Assembly: GCA_963792585.1 (NCBI GenBank)
Contig: CAWBWI010000001.1
Coordinates: 640,001-704,000, forward strand
Direction of reading: 5' to 3'
Origin: Candidatus Eiseniibacteriota bacterium
Lineage (GTDB): Bacteria > Eisenbacteria > RBG-16-71-46 > CAIMUX01 > VGJL01
Length of the DNA: 64,000 bases
Both the position numbers and the translations under genes were made by a program. Positions 40,136 to 50,743 of the stretch are shown piece by piece (within the stretch, counting starts at the first letter, position 1; each line of letters opens with the position of its first letter). Under the pieces are notes generated by a model. That model was not told the DNA's origin. It worked only from the letters and a program-made list of their open reading frames with translations, and did no database searches.

Positions 40136-41485
40136 ATGAGCCGTCTGATGGTCAGCATCTCGGGTGTGCGGGGAATCGTCGGGCCGGACCTCAATCCATT
40201 GCTCGTCGCCCGCTGGACGGCGGCTTTCGCCGCGGGATTGCCGGAGGGACCGGTCGTCGTGGGACGCGACTCGCGGCCCAGCGGGGAGCGACTGGCCTGC
40301 TGCGCGATGGACGTGCTCCAAGCGTGCGGACGCGATGTCTGGGACCTGGGAATCGTCCCGACCCCGACGGTGCAAGTTGCGGTCGAGACGTGGCATGCGG
40401 CGGGAGGCCTCATCCTCACCGCGAGCCACAACCCCGCACCGTGGAATGCCCTGAAGTTCGTCGCGCCGAACGGGTCGTTTCTCGATCCCGACGCCTTCGC
40501 CGGACTGCGCGCGCGCGTGGATGCCGAGGTCTCCAATTTCCGGCCGGCCGACGGGTGGGGCGCACGCTTCCATCGGGGCGAAGAGGCGCTCGGGGAACAC
40601 CGTCGCCTCATCCTGGCCGGGGTCGACACGGAGTCGATCCGGAAGCGTCGGGTATCCATATTGATCGACTGCGTACACGGGGCGGGAGGTGTCCTCATCC
40701 CGGATCTCCTCCGGGACCTGGGGGCGGACGTGCGGGTTCTTCACGGCGAGCCGCACGGGAGATTTCCGCGGGACCCGGAGCCCACGGGGCCCGCGATCGA
40801 TGACCTGGCGCGGGAGGCGGCCGCGACCGGCGCGACATTCGCCCTGGCCGTGGACCCGGATGCCGACCGGTGCGCCCTCGCGTTGCCGGGCGGAGAGGCT
40901 GTCGGAGAGGAGTGGACGTTGCCGCTGGTGGCGGCCCAGGTCCTGTCCAAGCGACCCGGACCGATCGTGACGAACTTGAGCACTTCGACCCGGATCGACG
41001 CCGTTGCGGAACGCTTCGGGTGCGTGGTGACCCGGACCCCGGTCGGGGAGGCGAACGTGGTCGCGGGAATGCGCGCCGCGGGGGCCGTGCTTGGCGGCGA
41101 GGGCAACGGCGGCGTCATCGATCCCATGGTCCACTACGGTCGGGATGCCGCCGTGGCCGCGGTTTGGCTGCTCCAGGCCGCCGCCGCCCCGGATGGCCTG
41201 TCCGGGATGGCGCGCTCGCTGCCGCCGCGCTACCTTCTGAAGAGAAAACTGCCCTTGAAGCAGGGCACGGGCCCCGAGGATCTGCTGGAAGGCATTCGCG
41301 GACTCTTCGGGGAGGCCGACGCGCGGGATGGCCTTCGGTGGGGGATGGCGGACGGATTCGTGCACGTCCGAGCTTCGGGGACGGAACCAGTCGTGCGGGT
41401 CATCGTAGAAGCGGCGTCCGAGGATGAAGCCCAAACGAGACTCGAGCGGGTGATGCGGGCCGGGCCCTTCGGGGCCGGAGGGTAA
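40136..41485 (+). CDS. glmM: Phosphoglucosamine mutase / phosphohexomutase
   Basis: GRDSR, TASHNP, DPDADR, GGEGNGG, RASGTEP; adjacent to glmS. Confidence 0.85.
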   Translation: MSRLMVSISGVRGIVGPDLNPLLVARWTAAFAAGLPEGPVVVGRDSRPSGERLACCAMDVLQACGRDVWDLGIVPTPTVQVAVETWHAAGGLILTASHNPAPWNALKFVAPNGSFLDPDAFAGLRARVDAEVSNFRPADGWGARFHRGEEALGEHRRLILAGVDTESIRKRRVSILIDCVHGAGGVLIPDLLRDLGADVRVLHGEPHGRFPRDPEPTGPAIDDLAREAAATGATFALAVDPDADRCALALPGGEAVGEEWTLPLVAAQVLSKRPGPIVTNLSTSTRIDAVAERFGCVVTRTPVGEANVVAGMRAAGAVLGGEGNGGVIDPMVHYGRDAAVAAVWLLQAAAAPDGLSGMARSLPPRYLLKRKLPLKQGTGPEDLLEGIRGLFGEADARDGLRWGMADGFVHVRASGTEPVVRVIVEAASEDEAQTRLERVMRAGPFGAGG

Positions 41486-41492
41486 CGACGCG

Positions 41493-43319
41493 ATGTGTGG
41501 AATCGTCGGCTACGTGGGTCCCAAGCAGTGTCAGTCGATCCTGATCGACGGGCTGAGACGCCTCGAGTACCGCGGCTACGACTCGGCCGGGATCGCGGTC
41601 ATCAACGCAGAGGGACTGAAGGTCACGAAGGACGTCGGCAAGATCAGCGCCCTCGACGCCCTCGTAGCCGCCCACCCGATGGAGGGAACCGTAGGCATCG
41701 CCCATACGCGATGGGCGACCCATGGGGTGCCCAGCCAGCGCAACGCGCATCCTCATATCGACTGCAATCGCCACTTCGCGGTCGTCCACAACGGGATCAT
41801 CGAGAACTTCGATGCCCTCCGCGAGCGCCTCAAGCGCAGCGGTCATCGGTTCACGACCGATACCGACACGGAAGTCCTGGCACACCTCCTCGAGGAATCC
41901 TGGACCGGGACGCTCGAGGAAACGGTGGCGACCGCGCTCAAGACCGTCGACGGCACCTTCGGCATCGCGGTGGTGAGCGATCTGGACCCCGGAAAGGTGA
42001 TCGGGGCGCGGCGCGGGAGCCCGCTCGTGGTCGGGGTCGGCAAGGACGAGTACTTCTTAGCCTCCGATGTCTCGGCGATCCTCGGACACACCCGGCAGGT
42101 CATCTATCTGGATGATGAGGAGATGGTGGTTCTCAGCCGGGACGGTTACCGAACGCAGACCCTCGATGAGGTCGCGGTGGAAAAGGCGGTCGAGGAGATC
42201 ACCTGGGAACTCGCCCAGATCGAGAAGGGGGGCTACCCCCACTTCATGCTCAAGGAGATCTTCGAGCAGCCGCGCGCACTGCGCGACTCCATGCGCGGTC
42301 GCGTCAACGAGGTGACGGGGGAGACGAAGCTCGGGGGGCTCAACCTGAGCGCCGAGCAATTCCAGCACTTTCGACGGGTCATCCTGACCGCCTGTGGCAC
42401 CTCCTGGCATGCCGCCATGATCGGCGAGTACATGATGGAGGAGTTCTGCCGCATCCCCGTCGAGGTGGAGTACGCATCCGAGTTCCGATACCGGAATCCG
42501 GTCATCGACGAGACGACGCTCGTCGTCGTGATCAGCCAGAGCGGGGAGACGGCCGACACTCTCGCCGCCCTACGCGAAGCGAAGCGGCGCGGGGCCTGTG
42601 TGCTCGGGATCTGCAACGTGGTGGGTTCCACCATCGCCCGGGAGTCCCATGGCGGGATCTATACGCACGCCGGTCCGGAGATCGGGGTCGCCTCGACGAA
42701 GGCCTTCACGACACAGGTCGCGGCCCTGATGATCCTGACCCTGCACCTCGCCCAGATGCGCGGGCACGCGGTTCCGATCGCCGCCGCATTGATCCGGAGC
42801 TTGATGGATATCCCGTTGCTCATCGACCGATGCCTGGAGGGCAGCGAGCATATCCGCGAGATCGCCGCCGTCTATGCGAAGCACAACAACTTCCTCTACC
42901 TAGGTCGCGGGTACAACTTCCCCGTTGCCCTCGAGGGAGCGCTGAAGCTCAAGGAAATCTCCTACATTCATGCGGAGGGATATCCCGCGGCGGAGATGAA
43001 GCACGGCCCGATCGCGCTGATCGACGCCAACATGCCCGTCGTCTTCATCTGCACTCGGGACTCGGCCTACGAGAAGATCCTCAACAACATGGAAGAGGTC
43101 CGGACGCGAAGGGGCCGGATCATCGCGATCGCCACGGAAGGGGATGAGGGTCTGTTCGGCAAGGCGGACCACGTCATTCCGATCCCGCGGACGCTCGACT
43201 CATTGACGCCGCTGCTCTCGGTGATCCCGCTCCAGTTGCTCGCCTACCATATGGCGGTTCTTCGCGGATGCGACGTCGATCAGCCCCGGAACCTGGCCAA
43301 GAGCGTCACGGTCGAATGA
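41493..43319 (+). CDS. glmS: Glutamine-fructose-6-phosphate transaminase
   Basis: MCGIVG, HTRWATHG, SQSGETADT, PRNLAKSVTVE. Confidence 0.98.
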   Translation: MCGIVGYVGPKQCQSILIDGLRRLEYRGYDSAGIAVINAEGLKVTKDVGKISALDALVAAHPMEGTVGIAHTRWATHGVPSQRNAHPHIDCNRHFAVVHNGIIENFDALRERLKRSGHRFTTDTDTEVLAHLLEESWTGTLEETVATALKTVDGTFGIAVVSDLDPGKVIGARRGSPLVVGVGKDEYFLASDVSAILGHTRQVIYLDDEEMVVLSRDGYRTQTLDEVAVEKAVEEITWELAQIEKGGYPHFMLKEIFEQPRALRDSMRGRVNEVTGETKLGGLNLSAEQFQHFRRVILTACGTSWHAAMIGEYMMEEFCRIPVEVEYASEFRYRNPVIDETTLVVVISQSGETADTLAALREAKRRGACVLGICNVVGSTIARESHGGIYTHAGPEIGVASTKAFTTQVAALMILTLHLAQMRGHAVPIAAALIRSLMDIPLLIDRCLEGSEHIREIAAVYAKHNNFLYLGRGYNFPVALEGALKLKEISYIHAEGYPAAEMKHGPIALIDANMPVVFICTRDSAYEKILNNMEEVRTRRGRIIAIATEGDEGLFGKADHVIPIPRTLDSLTPLLSVIPLQLLAYHMAVLRGCDVDQPRNLAKSVTVE

Positions 43320-43356
43320 TGGGGGACGGACCAAGGGCCGAATGGAGGAGCGAGGA

Positions 43357-43779
43357 ATGTCGCGGATGCACGTGAGAGTCCAGACCGATCGGGCCCCCGA
43401 GGCGATCGGGTCCTACAGTCAAGCCGTCTCCGTTCCCGAACTGGGCCTGGTCTTCACGTCCGGGCAGATCGGCCTCGACCCGGCCACCGGGAAACTCGTC
43501 GAAGGGGGGATCGAGGCGGAGACCCGCCAGGTCATGGAGAACCTCTCCGGCGTCCTCGAGGCTGCCGGGTCCGGTTTCCACCGCGTCATCAAGGCGACCG
43601 TCTACCTGATCGACCTCGCGGAGTTCGCTCAGGTCAATGCCATCTACGCCGAGCGCGTCGGCGAACCGCTCCCGGCGCGCAGCACCGTCGGGGTCGCTTC
43701 CCTGCCCCGGGGCGCGCGGCTCGAGATCGATCTGGTCGCATCCCTCGCGGACTCCGGAACCGCGGGGCTCACTCATTGA
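43357..43779 (+). CDS. RidA family enamine deaminase
   Basis: APEAIGSYSQA, SGQIG, PARSTVGV..LP, EID. Confidence 0.92.
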   Translation: MSRMHVRVQTDRAPEAIGSYSQAVSVPELGLVFTSGQIGLDPATGKLVEGGIEAETRQVMENLSGVLEAAGSGFHRVIKATVYLIDLAEFAQVNAIYAERVGEPLPARSTVGVASLPRGARLEIDLVASLADSGTAGLTH

Positions 43780-43831
43780 CCCCAGCGGCGCCGGAAACGT
43801 ATTCTCCCGCGGGGTCCACTCTCAAGATTGC

Positions 43832-43927
43832 GGGAGCGCATGGGTCCTGGTGGGTCCCAAGGACTTCAAATCCTCTGTCGGGCGTTTCTGCGTCCGGGGT
43901 GGGTTCGATTCCCACACGTTCCCGCCA
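43832..43927 (+). tRNA. selC: tRNA-Sec (TCA)
   Basis: 96 nt; 6-bp D stem with TGGT loop; GGACTTCAAATCC anticodon arm; long variable arm; GGTTCGATTCC; G73-CCA. Confidence 0.93.
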
Positions 43928-43973
43928 TATCTCTACGCGCGTTCGGCCGCGATTCGAGCGGACCGGGCGCGCG

Positions 43974-44438
43974 TTGATTACGATCTGCGGACTGCTCGCG
44001 CTCGCGGGGGGTGCGCACGCGGCCGGATCCGGGACCGACTCGACGAGCGTTGGGAGGGGCAAGGGTTTCGACCGCCCCTTCTGGGTGATGATGCGTTCGG
44101 TCGCGGTGCCCGGATGGGGCCAGGCGAAGAACGGGCAGTGGGTAAAGGCTGTCCTCCTGGGCGGGACGGAAGCCGGGTTCATCGTCGCCGCGGTCCGGGA
44201 AGACCGCCTGGCATCGGACGCGCGGCATAACGGCCGGCTCATGCCGGATGAGTCGGCATACTGGGCCGACCGGGCCGACGCGCATGTTTCGAGGAAGAAG
44301 GATTACGTCTGGTGGGGCGCGTTCACGCTGCTCCTGAGTTTGGGGGATGCATACGTGGATGCCCACTTGAAGGGATTCGACGCGGAGTTCGATCCTGAGG
44401 GCTCGGCCATGAGGGTCTCGATGGGGGTGCGCTGGTGA
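43974..44438 (+). CDS. DUF5683-like exported/membrane protein (start uncertain)
   Basis: [29 protein letters not shown]. Confidence 0.75.
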   Translation: MITICGLLALAGGAHAAGSGTDSTSVGRGKGFDRPFWVMMRSVAVPGWGQAKNGQWVKAVLLGGTEAGFIVAAVREDRLASDARHNGRLMPDESAYWADRADAHVSRKKDYVWWGAFTLLLSLGDAYVDAHLKGFDAEFDPEGSAMRVSMGVRW

Positions 44439-46237
44439 GCGAAGAGCGCGAGCGCGTCCGGAACTTCTGCATCATCGCCCACATCGACCACGGAAAGTCG
44501 ACCCTGGCCGACCGAATCCTGGAGGTGACCGGGACTCTCTCGAAGAAGCAGATGCGCGATCAGGTTCTCGACGACATGGATCTCGAACGGGAACGTGGGA
44601 TCACGATCAAGGCCCACGCGATCACCATGCAGTACGAGGCCGCGGACGGGCAGAGCTATCGCATGAACCTGATCGACACCCCCGGCCATGTCGATTTCTC
44701 GTACGAAGTCTCCCGGAGTCTCGCCGCCTGCGAGGGGGCGCTCCTCCTGATCGACGCCTCCCAAGGAGTCGAAGCGCAGACCCTGTCCAACCTCTTCATG
44801 GCCCTCGATCACAATCTCACCATTCTGACCGTGTTGAACAAGATCGACCTCCCGAGCGCCCGCGTCGATGAGGTCCGCTCCTCGATCTGCAATCTGACGG
44901 GGGAGGCGGAGGAGAAGGTCCTGCTCGCGAGCGCGCGGGAAGGGATCGGCGTGAGGGAAATCCTGGAGGCGGTCGTCCGCGAGGTGCCCGCCCCGAAGGG
45001 TCGCGCCGAGGATCCCCTGCGCGCGTTGATCTTCGATTCCACCTTCGATCCCTACCGGGGAGTGTGCGCCTATGTCCGCGTCGTCGACGGAACCATCCGG
45101 ACCGGCGACCGGGTCCGCCTGCACTCGACCGGCAAGGAGTACGACGTCCAGGAGGTCGGGATTTTCCAGCTTCGCCTGGTGCCCCAGGAGCACCTCGAGG
45201 CGGGTGACGTCGGATACATCGTCGCCGGGATCAAGATCGTCGCCGAGGCCAAGGTGGGGGACACGGTAACCGGCGCCGACTCGGTCATCGAGCCGCTGCC
45301 CGGCTACAAGCCGATGAAGCCGATGGTCTACTCCGGGCTCTTCCCGATCGAGAGTGATGACTACCTGAGGCTCAAGGACGCCCTCGGCAAATTCCAGCTC
45401 AACGACGCCTCCCTGGTCTACGAGCCGGAGACGTCGTTGGCCCTCGGGTTCGGCTTCCGAGCAGGATTCCTCGGCCCCCTGCACATGGAGATCGTGGTCG
45501 AACGTCTCCGGCGGGAGTACGCCCTGGATCTGATCGCAACCTCGCCGACCGTTCCGTACTTCGTCTACCGAACCGACGGCACACGGATCGAGGTCGACAG
45601 CCCGGCGCAGCTGCCTGCCGGCAGCGAGATCGAGCGGCTCGAAGAGCCCTTCGTTCTGGCCACCGTCATCACCCCCACGGACTACGTCGGTGGGGTGATG
45701 AAGCTCTGTCAGGAGAGGCGGGGGGAGTTTCAGGAGATGCAGTACCTGGATGCCACCCGCGCGCGGCTGACCTACCTGATCCCCCTCTCCGAGCTGATCT
45801 ACGACTTCTACGATCGTCTCAAGTCGTGCAGCCGCGGGTACGCGACCCTCGATTACGACTTCCACGGTTACGTCGACTCGAACCTCGTCAAGCTGGACGT
45901 GCTCCTCAACGGCGATCCGGTCGACGCGCTATCGATGATCGTTCACGCCGACCACGCCTACGAGCGCGGGCGGGATCTCGTCGATCGACTGAAGGATCTG
46001 ATCCCGCGCCAGCTGTTCCGCATCGCGGTGCAGGCGGCCATCGGCTCGCGGGTCGTGGCGCGTTCGACGATCTCTCCGATGAGGAAAGACGTCATCGCGA
46101 AATGCTATGGTGGCGATATCAGTCGCAAGCGGAAGCTGCTCGAGAAGCAGCGGGAGGGCAAGAAGAGGATGAAGCAGATCGGCAGCGTGCAGGTGCCCCA
46201 GGAGGCCTTCCTCGCCCTCCTGAAGACGACGGAGTAG
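44435..46237 (+). CDS. lepA: Elongation factor 4 (LepA)
   Basis: [36 protein letters not shown]. Confidence 0.98.
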   Translation: MSEERERVRNFCIIAHIDHGKSTLADRILEVTGTLSKKQMRDQVLDDMDLERERGITIKAHAITMQYEAADGQSYRMNLIDTPGHVDFSYEVSRSLAACEGALLLIDASQGVEAQTLSNLFMALDHNLTILTVLNKIDLPSARVDEVRSSICNLTGEAEEKVLLASAREGIGVREILEAVVREVPAPKGRAEDPLRALIFDSTFDPYRGVCAYVRVVDGTIRTGDRVRLHSTGKEYDVQEVGIFQLRLVPQEHLEAGDVGYIVAGIKIVAEAKVGDTVTGADSVIEPLPGYKPMKPMVYSGLFPIESDDYLRLKDALGKFQLNDASLVYEPETSLALGFGFRAGFLGPLHMEIVVERLRREYALDLIATSPTVPYFVYRTDGTRIEVDSPAQLPAGSEIERLEEPFVLATVITPTDYVGGVMKLCQERRGEFQEMQYLDATRARLTYLIPLSELIYDFYDRLKSCSRGYATLDYDFHGYVDSNLVKLDVLLNGDPVDALSMIVHADHAYERGRDLVDRLKDLIPRQLFRIAVQAAIGSRVVARSTISPMRKDVIAKCYGGDISRKRKLLEKQREGKKRMKQIGSVQVPQEAFLALLKTTE

Positions 46238-46240
46238 ATC

Positions 46241-46876
46241 GTGGCCGCCTCCAGAGCGAGCACGAGGCCGGGGGAAACCCGCCTGAAGCGGGAAGTGCGA
46301 GAGACTGCGAACTCCTTCCTCTGGGCGATCGTCCTCTTCCTGATCATTCGCAGCCTGGCATTCCAGGCCTTCCGGATCCCGTCCCCCTCGATGGAGGACT
46401 CGCTTCTGATCCACGATTTCCTCTTCATCAGCAAGCTGACCTACGGCCCGAACATCCCCTTCACGCACACCCGGCTCCCGGGTCTGCGAAAGCCGAAACC
46501 GGGCGACATCATCGTCTTCCAGAACCCGACAAACCCGAAGGAGGACTACATCAAGAGGTGCGTGGCTGTCGCGGGGCAGACCGTGGAGGTCCGGGACAAG
46601 GCCCTTTTCGTCGACGGTGTGGAGAAGGTCGAGCCGTACACCAAGCACGTGGATCCGAGGAACATCGGAATCCCCCGGGACACCTTCGGCCCCGTGCGCG
46701 TCCCGAAAGGGATGGTCTTCATGATGGGGGACAACCGCGACAACAGCGCCGACAGCCGCTACTGGGGCTTCCTCGACATGAAGCTGATCCGGGGGAAGGC
46801 CGCGATCATCTACTTCTCGTGGGACGGCGAACGGAAGCTCCCGAGATTCAGCCGGTTCTTCCGGTTGATCCACTAG
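46241..46876 (+). CDS. lepB: Signal peptidase I
   Basis: IPSPSME, YIKRCVA, GDNRDNSADSR. Confidence 0.95.
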   Translation: MAASRASTRPGETRLKREVRETANSFLWAIVLFLIIRSLAFQAFRIPSPSMEDSLLIHDFLFISKLTYGPNIPFTHTRLPGLRKPKPGDIIVFQNPTNPKEDYIKRCVAVAGQTVEVRDKALFVDGVEKVEPYTKHVDPRNIGIPRDTFGPVRVPKGMVFMMGDNRDNSADSRYWGFLDMKLIRGKAAIIYFSWDGERKLPRFSRFFRLIH

Positions 46877-46930
46877 ATCGATCGCGGACCAGGGCCTGCG
46901 AATGGACTTGAAGATCCGCCCGCAATCGCC

Positions 46931-48076
46931 ATGAACGCCGGCCTCTACGTACACGTCCCGTTCTGCGCCCGTCGCTGCTCCTACTGTGATTTCTACACGC
47001 TCGTGGCTGACACCGGCGCTCAGGACCGGTGGGTCGAGGCGCTCCTCCGGGAGGCCGAATTGCAGGGACCCGCTTGGGCGCACCATCGTTTCGACAGCGT
47101 ATTCCTCGGGGGCGGAACGCCGAGCCATCTGGGTCCTGAGCGCCTCCGTCGCCTCTTCCGAGGGTTGCTGGCCCGTCTCCCGATCGCGCGCGACGTGGAA
47201 TGGACCATGGAAGCGAACCCCGAGTCGGCGGACGACGACGTCCTTGGCGTCGCGCTCGCGGAGGGGGCGAATCGGATCAGTTTTGGCGTCCAGACCCTGG
47301 ACGACGGGGAGCTTGCGCTGCTCGGCCGGCTCCATGACGCGACCTCGGCGCGGGAAGCGGTGGCGCGCGCCCGGCGCGCGGGTTTCGATAACATCAGCGT
47401 CGATCTCATTTACGGACTGCCGCCCGGCCCGGACCGCCGGGACGCCTGGGAGCGGAGTCTGCAGGGGGTCATCGAGATGGGCACGGATCACGTCTCCTGC
47501 TATCTCCTCACCCTCGAGCCCGCGGTGCCGATGGCCCGGGCCGTAGCCCGCGGAGAGGTTCACCTGCCTCCGGAGGAATCCCAGGTCGCCGAATACGCGC
47601 TCGCGCGAGAACTTCTTGCGGCGGCCGGATATGAGCGCTACGAGATCTCGAACTGGGCGCGGGGCGGGCGACGTTGCCGTCACAATGTGAATGTCTGGGA
47701 GGGAAACGTCTATCTCGGCCTCGGACCGGGCGCACACGGCTTCGACGGCTCCGCGAGGCGCGCCAACAGGCCCGACATCGGGGCATATGTCACCGCTCTC
47801 GAGGTCGGGGAGGATCCGCCCCACACGCTCGAGACGATCGAAGGTCGGGCGCGCGAAGAGGAGGTCATCTTCTTGGGTCTGCGGTTGCGCGAGGGTCTCG
47901 CCTGGGATGATCTCGCCGAACTTCTCGGCCCGGATCGAACGGATCGGCTCCGGGCGCGCTCGGCGCAGTGGATCGCACCCGGTTATCTTGTCGACGAAGG
48001 CGGACGGCTGCGGATCGGTGAGGAGGGACTTCTCGTCTCCAACGCCTTGATTGCGGACTTGCTCGATTCGATCTGA
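46931..48076 (+). CDS. hemW: Radical SAM heme chaperone HemW
   Basis: LYVHVPFCARRCSYCDF, GGGTPS, YEISNW, HN, YLGLGPGAH. Confidence 0.9.
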   Translation: MNAGLYVHVPFCARRCSYCDFYTLVADTGAQDRWVEALLREAELQGPAWAHHRFDSVFLGGGTPSHLGPERLRRLFRGLLARLPIARDVEWTMEANPESADDDVLGVALAEGANRISFGVQTLDDGELALLGRLHDATSAREAVARARRAGFDNISVDLIYGLPPGPDRRDAWERSLQGVIEMGTDHVSCYLLTLEPAVPMARAVARGEVHLPPEESQVAEYALARELLAAAGYERYEISNWARGGRRCRHNVNVWEGNVYLGLGPGAHGFDGSARRANRPDIGAYVTALEVGEDPPHTLETIEGRAREEEVIFLGLRLREGLAWDDLAELLGPDRTDRLRARSAQWIAPGYLVDEGGRLRIGEEGLLVSNALIADLLDSI

Positions 48077-48082
48077 GGAGGC

Positions 48083-49195
48083 ATGGTGCGGGTCGCTCTG
48101 GTGCACGACTGGCTGACCGGGATGCGCGGGGGGGAGAAGGTTCTCGAGGCCTTCTGCGAGCGGTTCCCCGAGGCGCCGATCTACACGATCGTCCACAGGC
48201 CCGGCTCGGTGAGTGCGTCCATCGAGAGCCACCCCATCGTCACCTCGTTCGTGCAGCGTCTACCGGGCGGCGCGAGTTCCTACCAGCGCTACCTGCCGCT
48301 TCTGCCCGCGGCGATCGAGCGCTTCGACCTGCGCGGCTTCGACCTCGTCCTCTCCACGAGCCACTGCGTGGCGAAGGGGGCAAGGGTTCATCCCGGCTCC
48401 CTGCACCTCTGTTACTGCCATACGCCGATGCGATACGTCTGGCCCGCCTATGAGGAATACTTCGGCGACGGGCGGATCGGCGCTCCCGCCTCCTGGGTCA
48501 TGCCGGTCCTCGCGAGCTGGCTGCGAACCTGGGACGTTGCGAGCGTCCCACGGGTCGACTCCTTCGCGGCCAACAGCGCCCACGTCGCGGCGCGGATTCG
48601 ACGCTGGTACGGCCGCGCCTCGCGGGTGATCCATCCATGGGTCGACACGGAGCGCTTCCGTCTGCCGGTCGTGAAAGCCCAGGAGCCCTACGATCTGATC
48701 CTCTCCGCACTGGTTCCCTACAAGCGAATCGACGTCGCCATCGAAGCCTATCGGGGGCGCGATGACGAACTGGTCATCGCAGGGAGCGGAGTCGAGCGCG
48801 AACGTCTCATGCGGCTGGCGCCGCGCAACGTCCGGTTTCTCGGTTGGCTTTCCCCCGAGGAGACCGTGAAGCTCGTGCAAGGTTGCCGCTTCCTCCTCTT
48901 CCCGGGCGAAGAGGACTTCGGGATCGTGCCGGTCGAGGCGATGGCCTGCGGCAAGCCGGTGATCGCCCTGGGCCGCGGGGGAGTTCTCGAGACGGTCCGG
49001 AGCGGCGAAACGGGGATCTTCTTCGACGAGCCCACGCCGGCCGCCGTGCGGACGGCGATCGATCGCGCGGGCGCGATCCGGTGGGACGAGGCGGTGATTC
49101 GCAACCAGGCGGAACGGTTCGGCCGCAAACGCTTCGAGGCCGAGATCGACGCGTGGCTCGCGGAAGAGTCGGCGCGCCCAGCGGCGGCCGGGTAA
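48083..49195 (+). CDS. GT4 glycosyltransferase
   Basis: VALVHDWLTGMRGGEKV, YCHTPMRY, EDFGIVPVEAMACG. Confidence 0.93.
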   Translation: MVRVALVHDWLTGMRGGEKVLEAFCERFPEAPIYTIVHRPGSVSASIESHPIVTSFVQRLPGGASSYQRYLPLLPAAIERFDLRGFDLVLSTSHCVAKGARVHPGSLHLCYCHTPMRYVWPAYEEYFGDGRIGAPASWVMPVLASWLRTWDVASVPRVDSFAANSAHVAARIRRWYGRASRVIHPWVDTERFRLPVVKAQEPYDLILSALVPYKRIDVAIEAYRGRDDELVIAGSGVERERLMRLAPRNVRFLGWLSPEETVKLVQGCRFLLFPGEEDFGIVPVEAMACGKPVIALGRGGVLETVRSGETGIFFDEPTPAAVRTAIDRAGAIRWDEAVIRNQAERFGRKRFEAEIDAWLAEESARPAAAG

Positions 49196-49199
49196 CACC

Positions 49200-50606
49200 G
49201 TGGGACAGGTCGAGCGGCGGAAGCGGATCACGCGCATCGAGGCCGTTTGGCATCTCACGGATGGGATCGGGGTCGTCGGGGGCTTCGCCATCGGTTATCT
49301 GATTCGCTTCGCTCCCCCCATGGCGACCTGGTTCCCGCCGAGGCAGGCGCTCCCTTCCCTTCGGCTCTATCTGGCGGCGGGCGTCGTTGCCGCGATCCTG
49401 TGGATCGTCCTGTTCCATGCGCTCGATCTCTACAGGGTCGAGGGAACGCGCCGCGGCCTGCGAACCCCTGTCCTGTTACGAGCGACCGGGCTCGGGATGC
49501 TCGGGAATGCGGGAATCGCATTCTTCTATCGCGGAGCGAGCTTCTCCCGCCTCGCCGCGCCCGTCATCTGGCTCGTCGCGTTTCTGCTGATCCGTACACT
49601 TCGGCGCGCAGGCCTTCGGCTCTTGGTGGGCGTGGGCGGCGTCCCCCCGGTTCGGTTCGCCCTGGTCGGCGGCGGCCCCGCGGGTCTAAGACTCGCGCAA
49701 CAACTACCTCGGGCCGGTGTGGTGCCCCACGAATTCCGGGGACTGTTCCGGCTGCCGGGGGATCCGCCGCCCCCCGCAGGGGTCGTGGACCTCGGCGGAC
49801 CGGAGCGGCTTGCCGAGGTTGCGACCCGCGAAGGGCTCGATCGAGTCGTGGTCGCCCTGCCGGCCGAGAACGAGCAACTGGTCGAGCGCGTCGCGCAGAC
49901 CTGCCGGGAACTGGACATCGACTTCGACTTGGTCCCGGACCTCGGTTTCCCCTTCCGGGGAGGGATCCAGGTCGAGGAGATCGCCGGGCTCCCGGTCGTG
50001 CGGGGGCGACCGCTGCCCCTCGTGGGTTGGAACGGCGTGATGAAGCGGACCGTGGACATCATCGTCTCCGGAGCTCTCCTGGTCCTTCTCGCGCCCGTGC
50101 TGCTGGTCTCGGCGCTGGCCGTCATCGTCGACTCACGCGGGCCGGTCTTCTATGGACAGGAGCGGATGGGACGCGACCGGCGCGTCTTCCGGATGGTCAA
50201 GTTTCGCTCGATGCGCGTCGACGCGGAGACGGCAAGCGGGCCGGTCTGGGCAAAGGACGCGGATCCGCGGCGGACGAAGGTCGGGAGCTTCCTGCGAACA
50301 TGGAGTCTCGACGAGTTGCCCCAGCTCTGGAATGTCCTCAAGGGGGACATGAGCTTGGTCGGACCCAGGCCGGAACGGCCGTACTTCGTCGACCAGTTCC
50401 TCGAGAAGGTTCCCGACTACTACGGCCGACATCGGGTCAAATCCGGGGTGACGGGGTGGGCGCAGGTCAACGGCCTGCGGGGAAACGTGCCGGTCGAAGA
50501 CCGGACGAAGTACGATCTCTACTACATGGAGAACTGGTCGCTCTGGCTCGACGTGCGGATCCTCTTGATGACCGTGAAAGCGGTCGTCACGCATCGCGGG
50601 AGCTGA
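49200..50606 (+). CDS. Undecaprenyl-phosphate sugar phosphotransferase (WcaJ-like)
   Basis: N-terminal TMs, KRTVDI, KFRSM, SLDELPQL, GPRPERP, GVTGWAQVNG. Confidence 0.92.
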   Translation: MGQVERRKRITRIEAVWHLTDGIGVVGGFAIGYLIRFAPPMATWFPPRQALPSLRLYLAAGVVAAILWIVLFHALDLYRVEGTRRGLRTPVLLRATGLGMLGNAGIAFFYRGASFSRLAAPVIWLVAFLLIRTLRRAGLRLLVGVGGVPPVRFALVGGGPAGLRLAQQLPRAGVVPHEFRGLFRLPGDPPPPAGVVDLGGPERLAEVATREGLDRVVVALPAENEQLVERVAQTCRELDIDFDLVPDLGFPFRGGIQVEEIAGLPVVRGRPLPLVGWNGVMKRTVDIIVSGALLVLLAPVLLVSALAVIVDSRGPVFYGQERMGRDRRVFRMVKFRSMRVDAETASGPVWAKDADPRRTKVGSFLRTWSLDELPQLWNVLKGDMSLVGPRPERPYFVDQFLEKVPDYYGRHRVKSGVTGWAQVNGLRGNVPVEDRTKYDLYYMENWSLWLDVRILLMTVKAVVTHRGS

Positions 50607-50743
50607 TCGCGTCGGCCCTGATCGGGCCGCATAGATCGGCAACGGCACAGATCGGGCCGTCCGTTGCCAGTCCGATCGCGATCGCATAGCATCGGTAGTT
50701 TCACGACCCGCGGTGCGACGCCGCCGCGATGAGGGGAGGGCGA

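Noticed and set aside
41485..41493. glmS ribozyme
   Set aside because: Only 7 bp separate glmM and glmS
39891..43927. tRNA genes as integration sites of an island or prophage
   Set aside because: No integrase, no duplicated tRNA 3' end noticed, flanks are housekeeping genes
43776..43973. N-terminal extension of ORF 43776-44438
   Set aside because: Overlaps tRNA-Sec; the real start is probably downstream (~43974)
45929..48232. Long antisense or alternative-frame ORFs (also 26062-27861, 37365-39392, 44303-45865, 52173-54149, 6747-8186)
   Set aside because: Shadow ORFs expected at high GC; they lie opposite well-supported genes and show no family motifs
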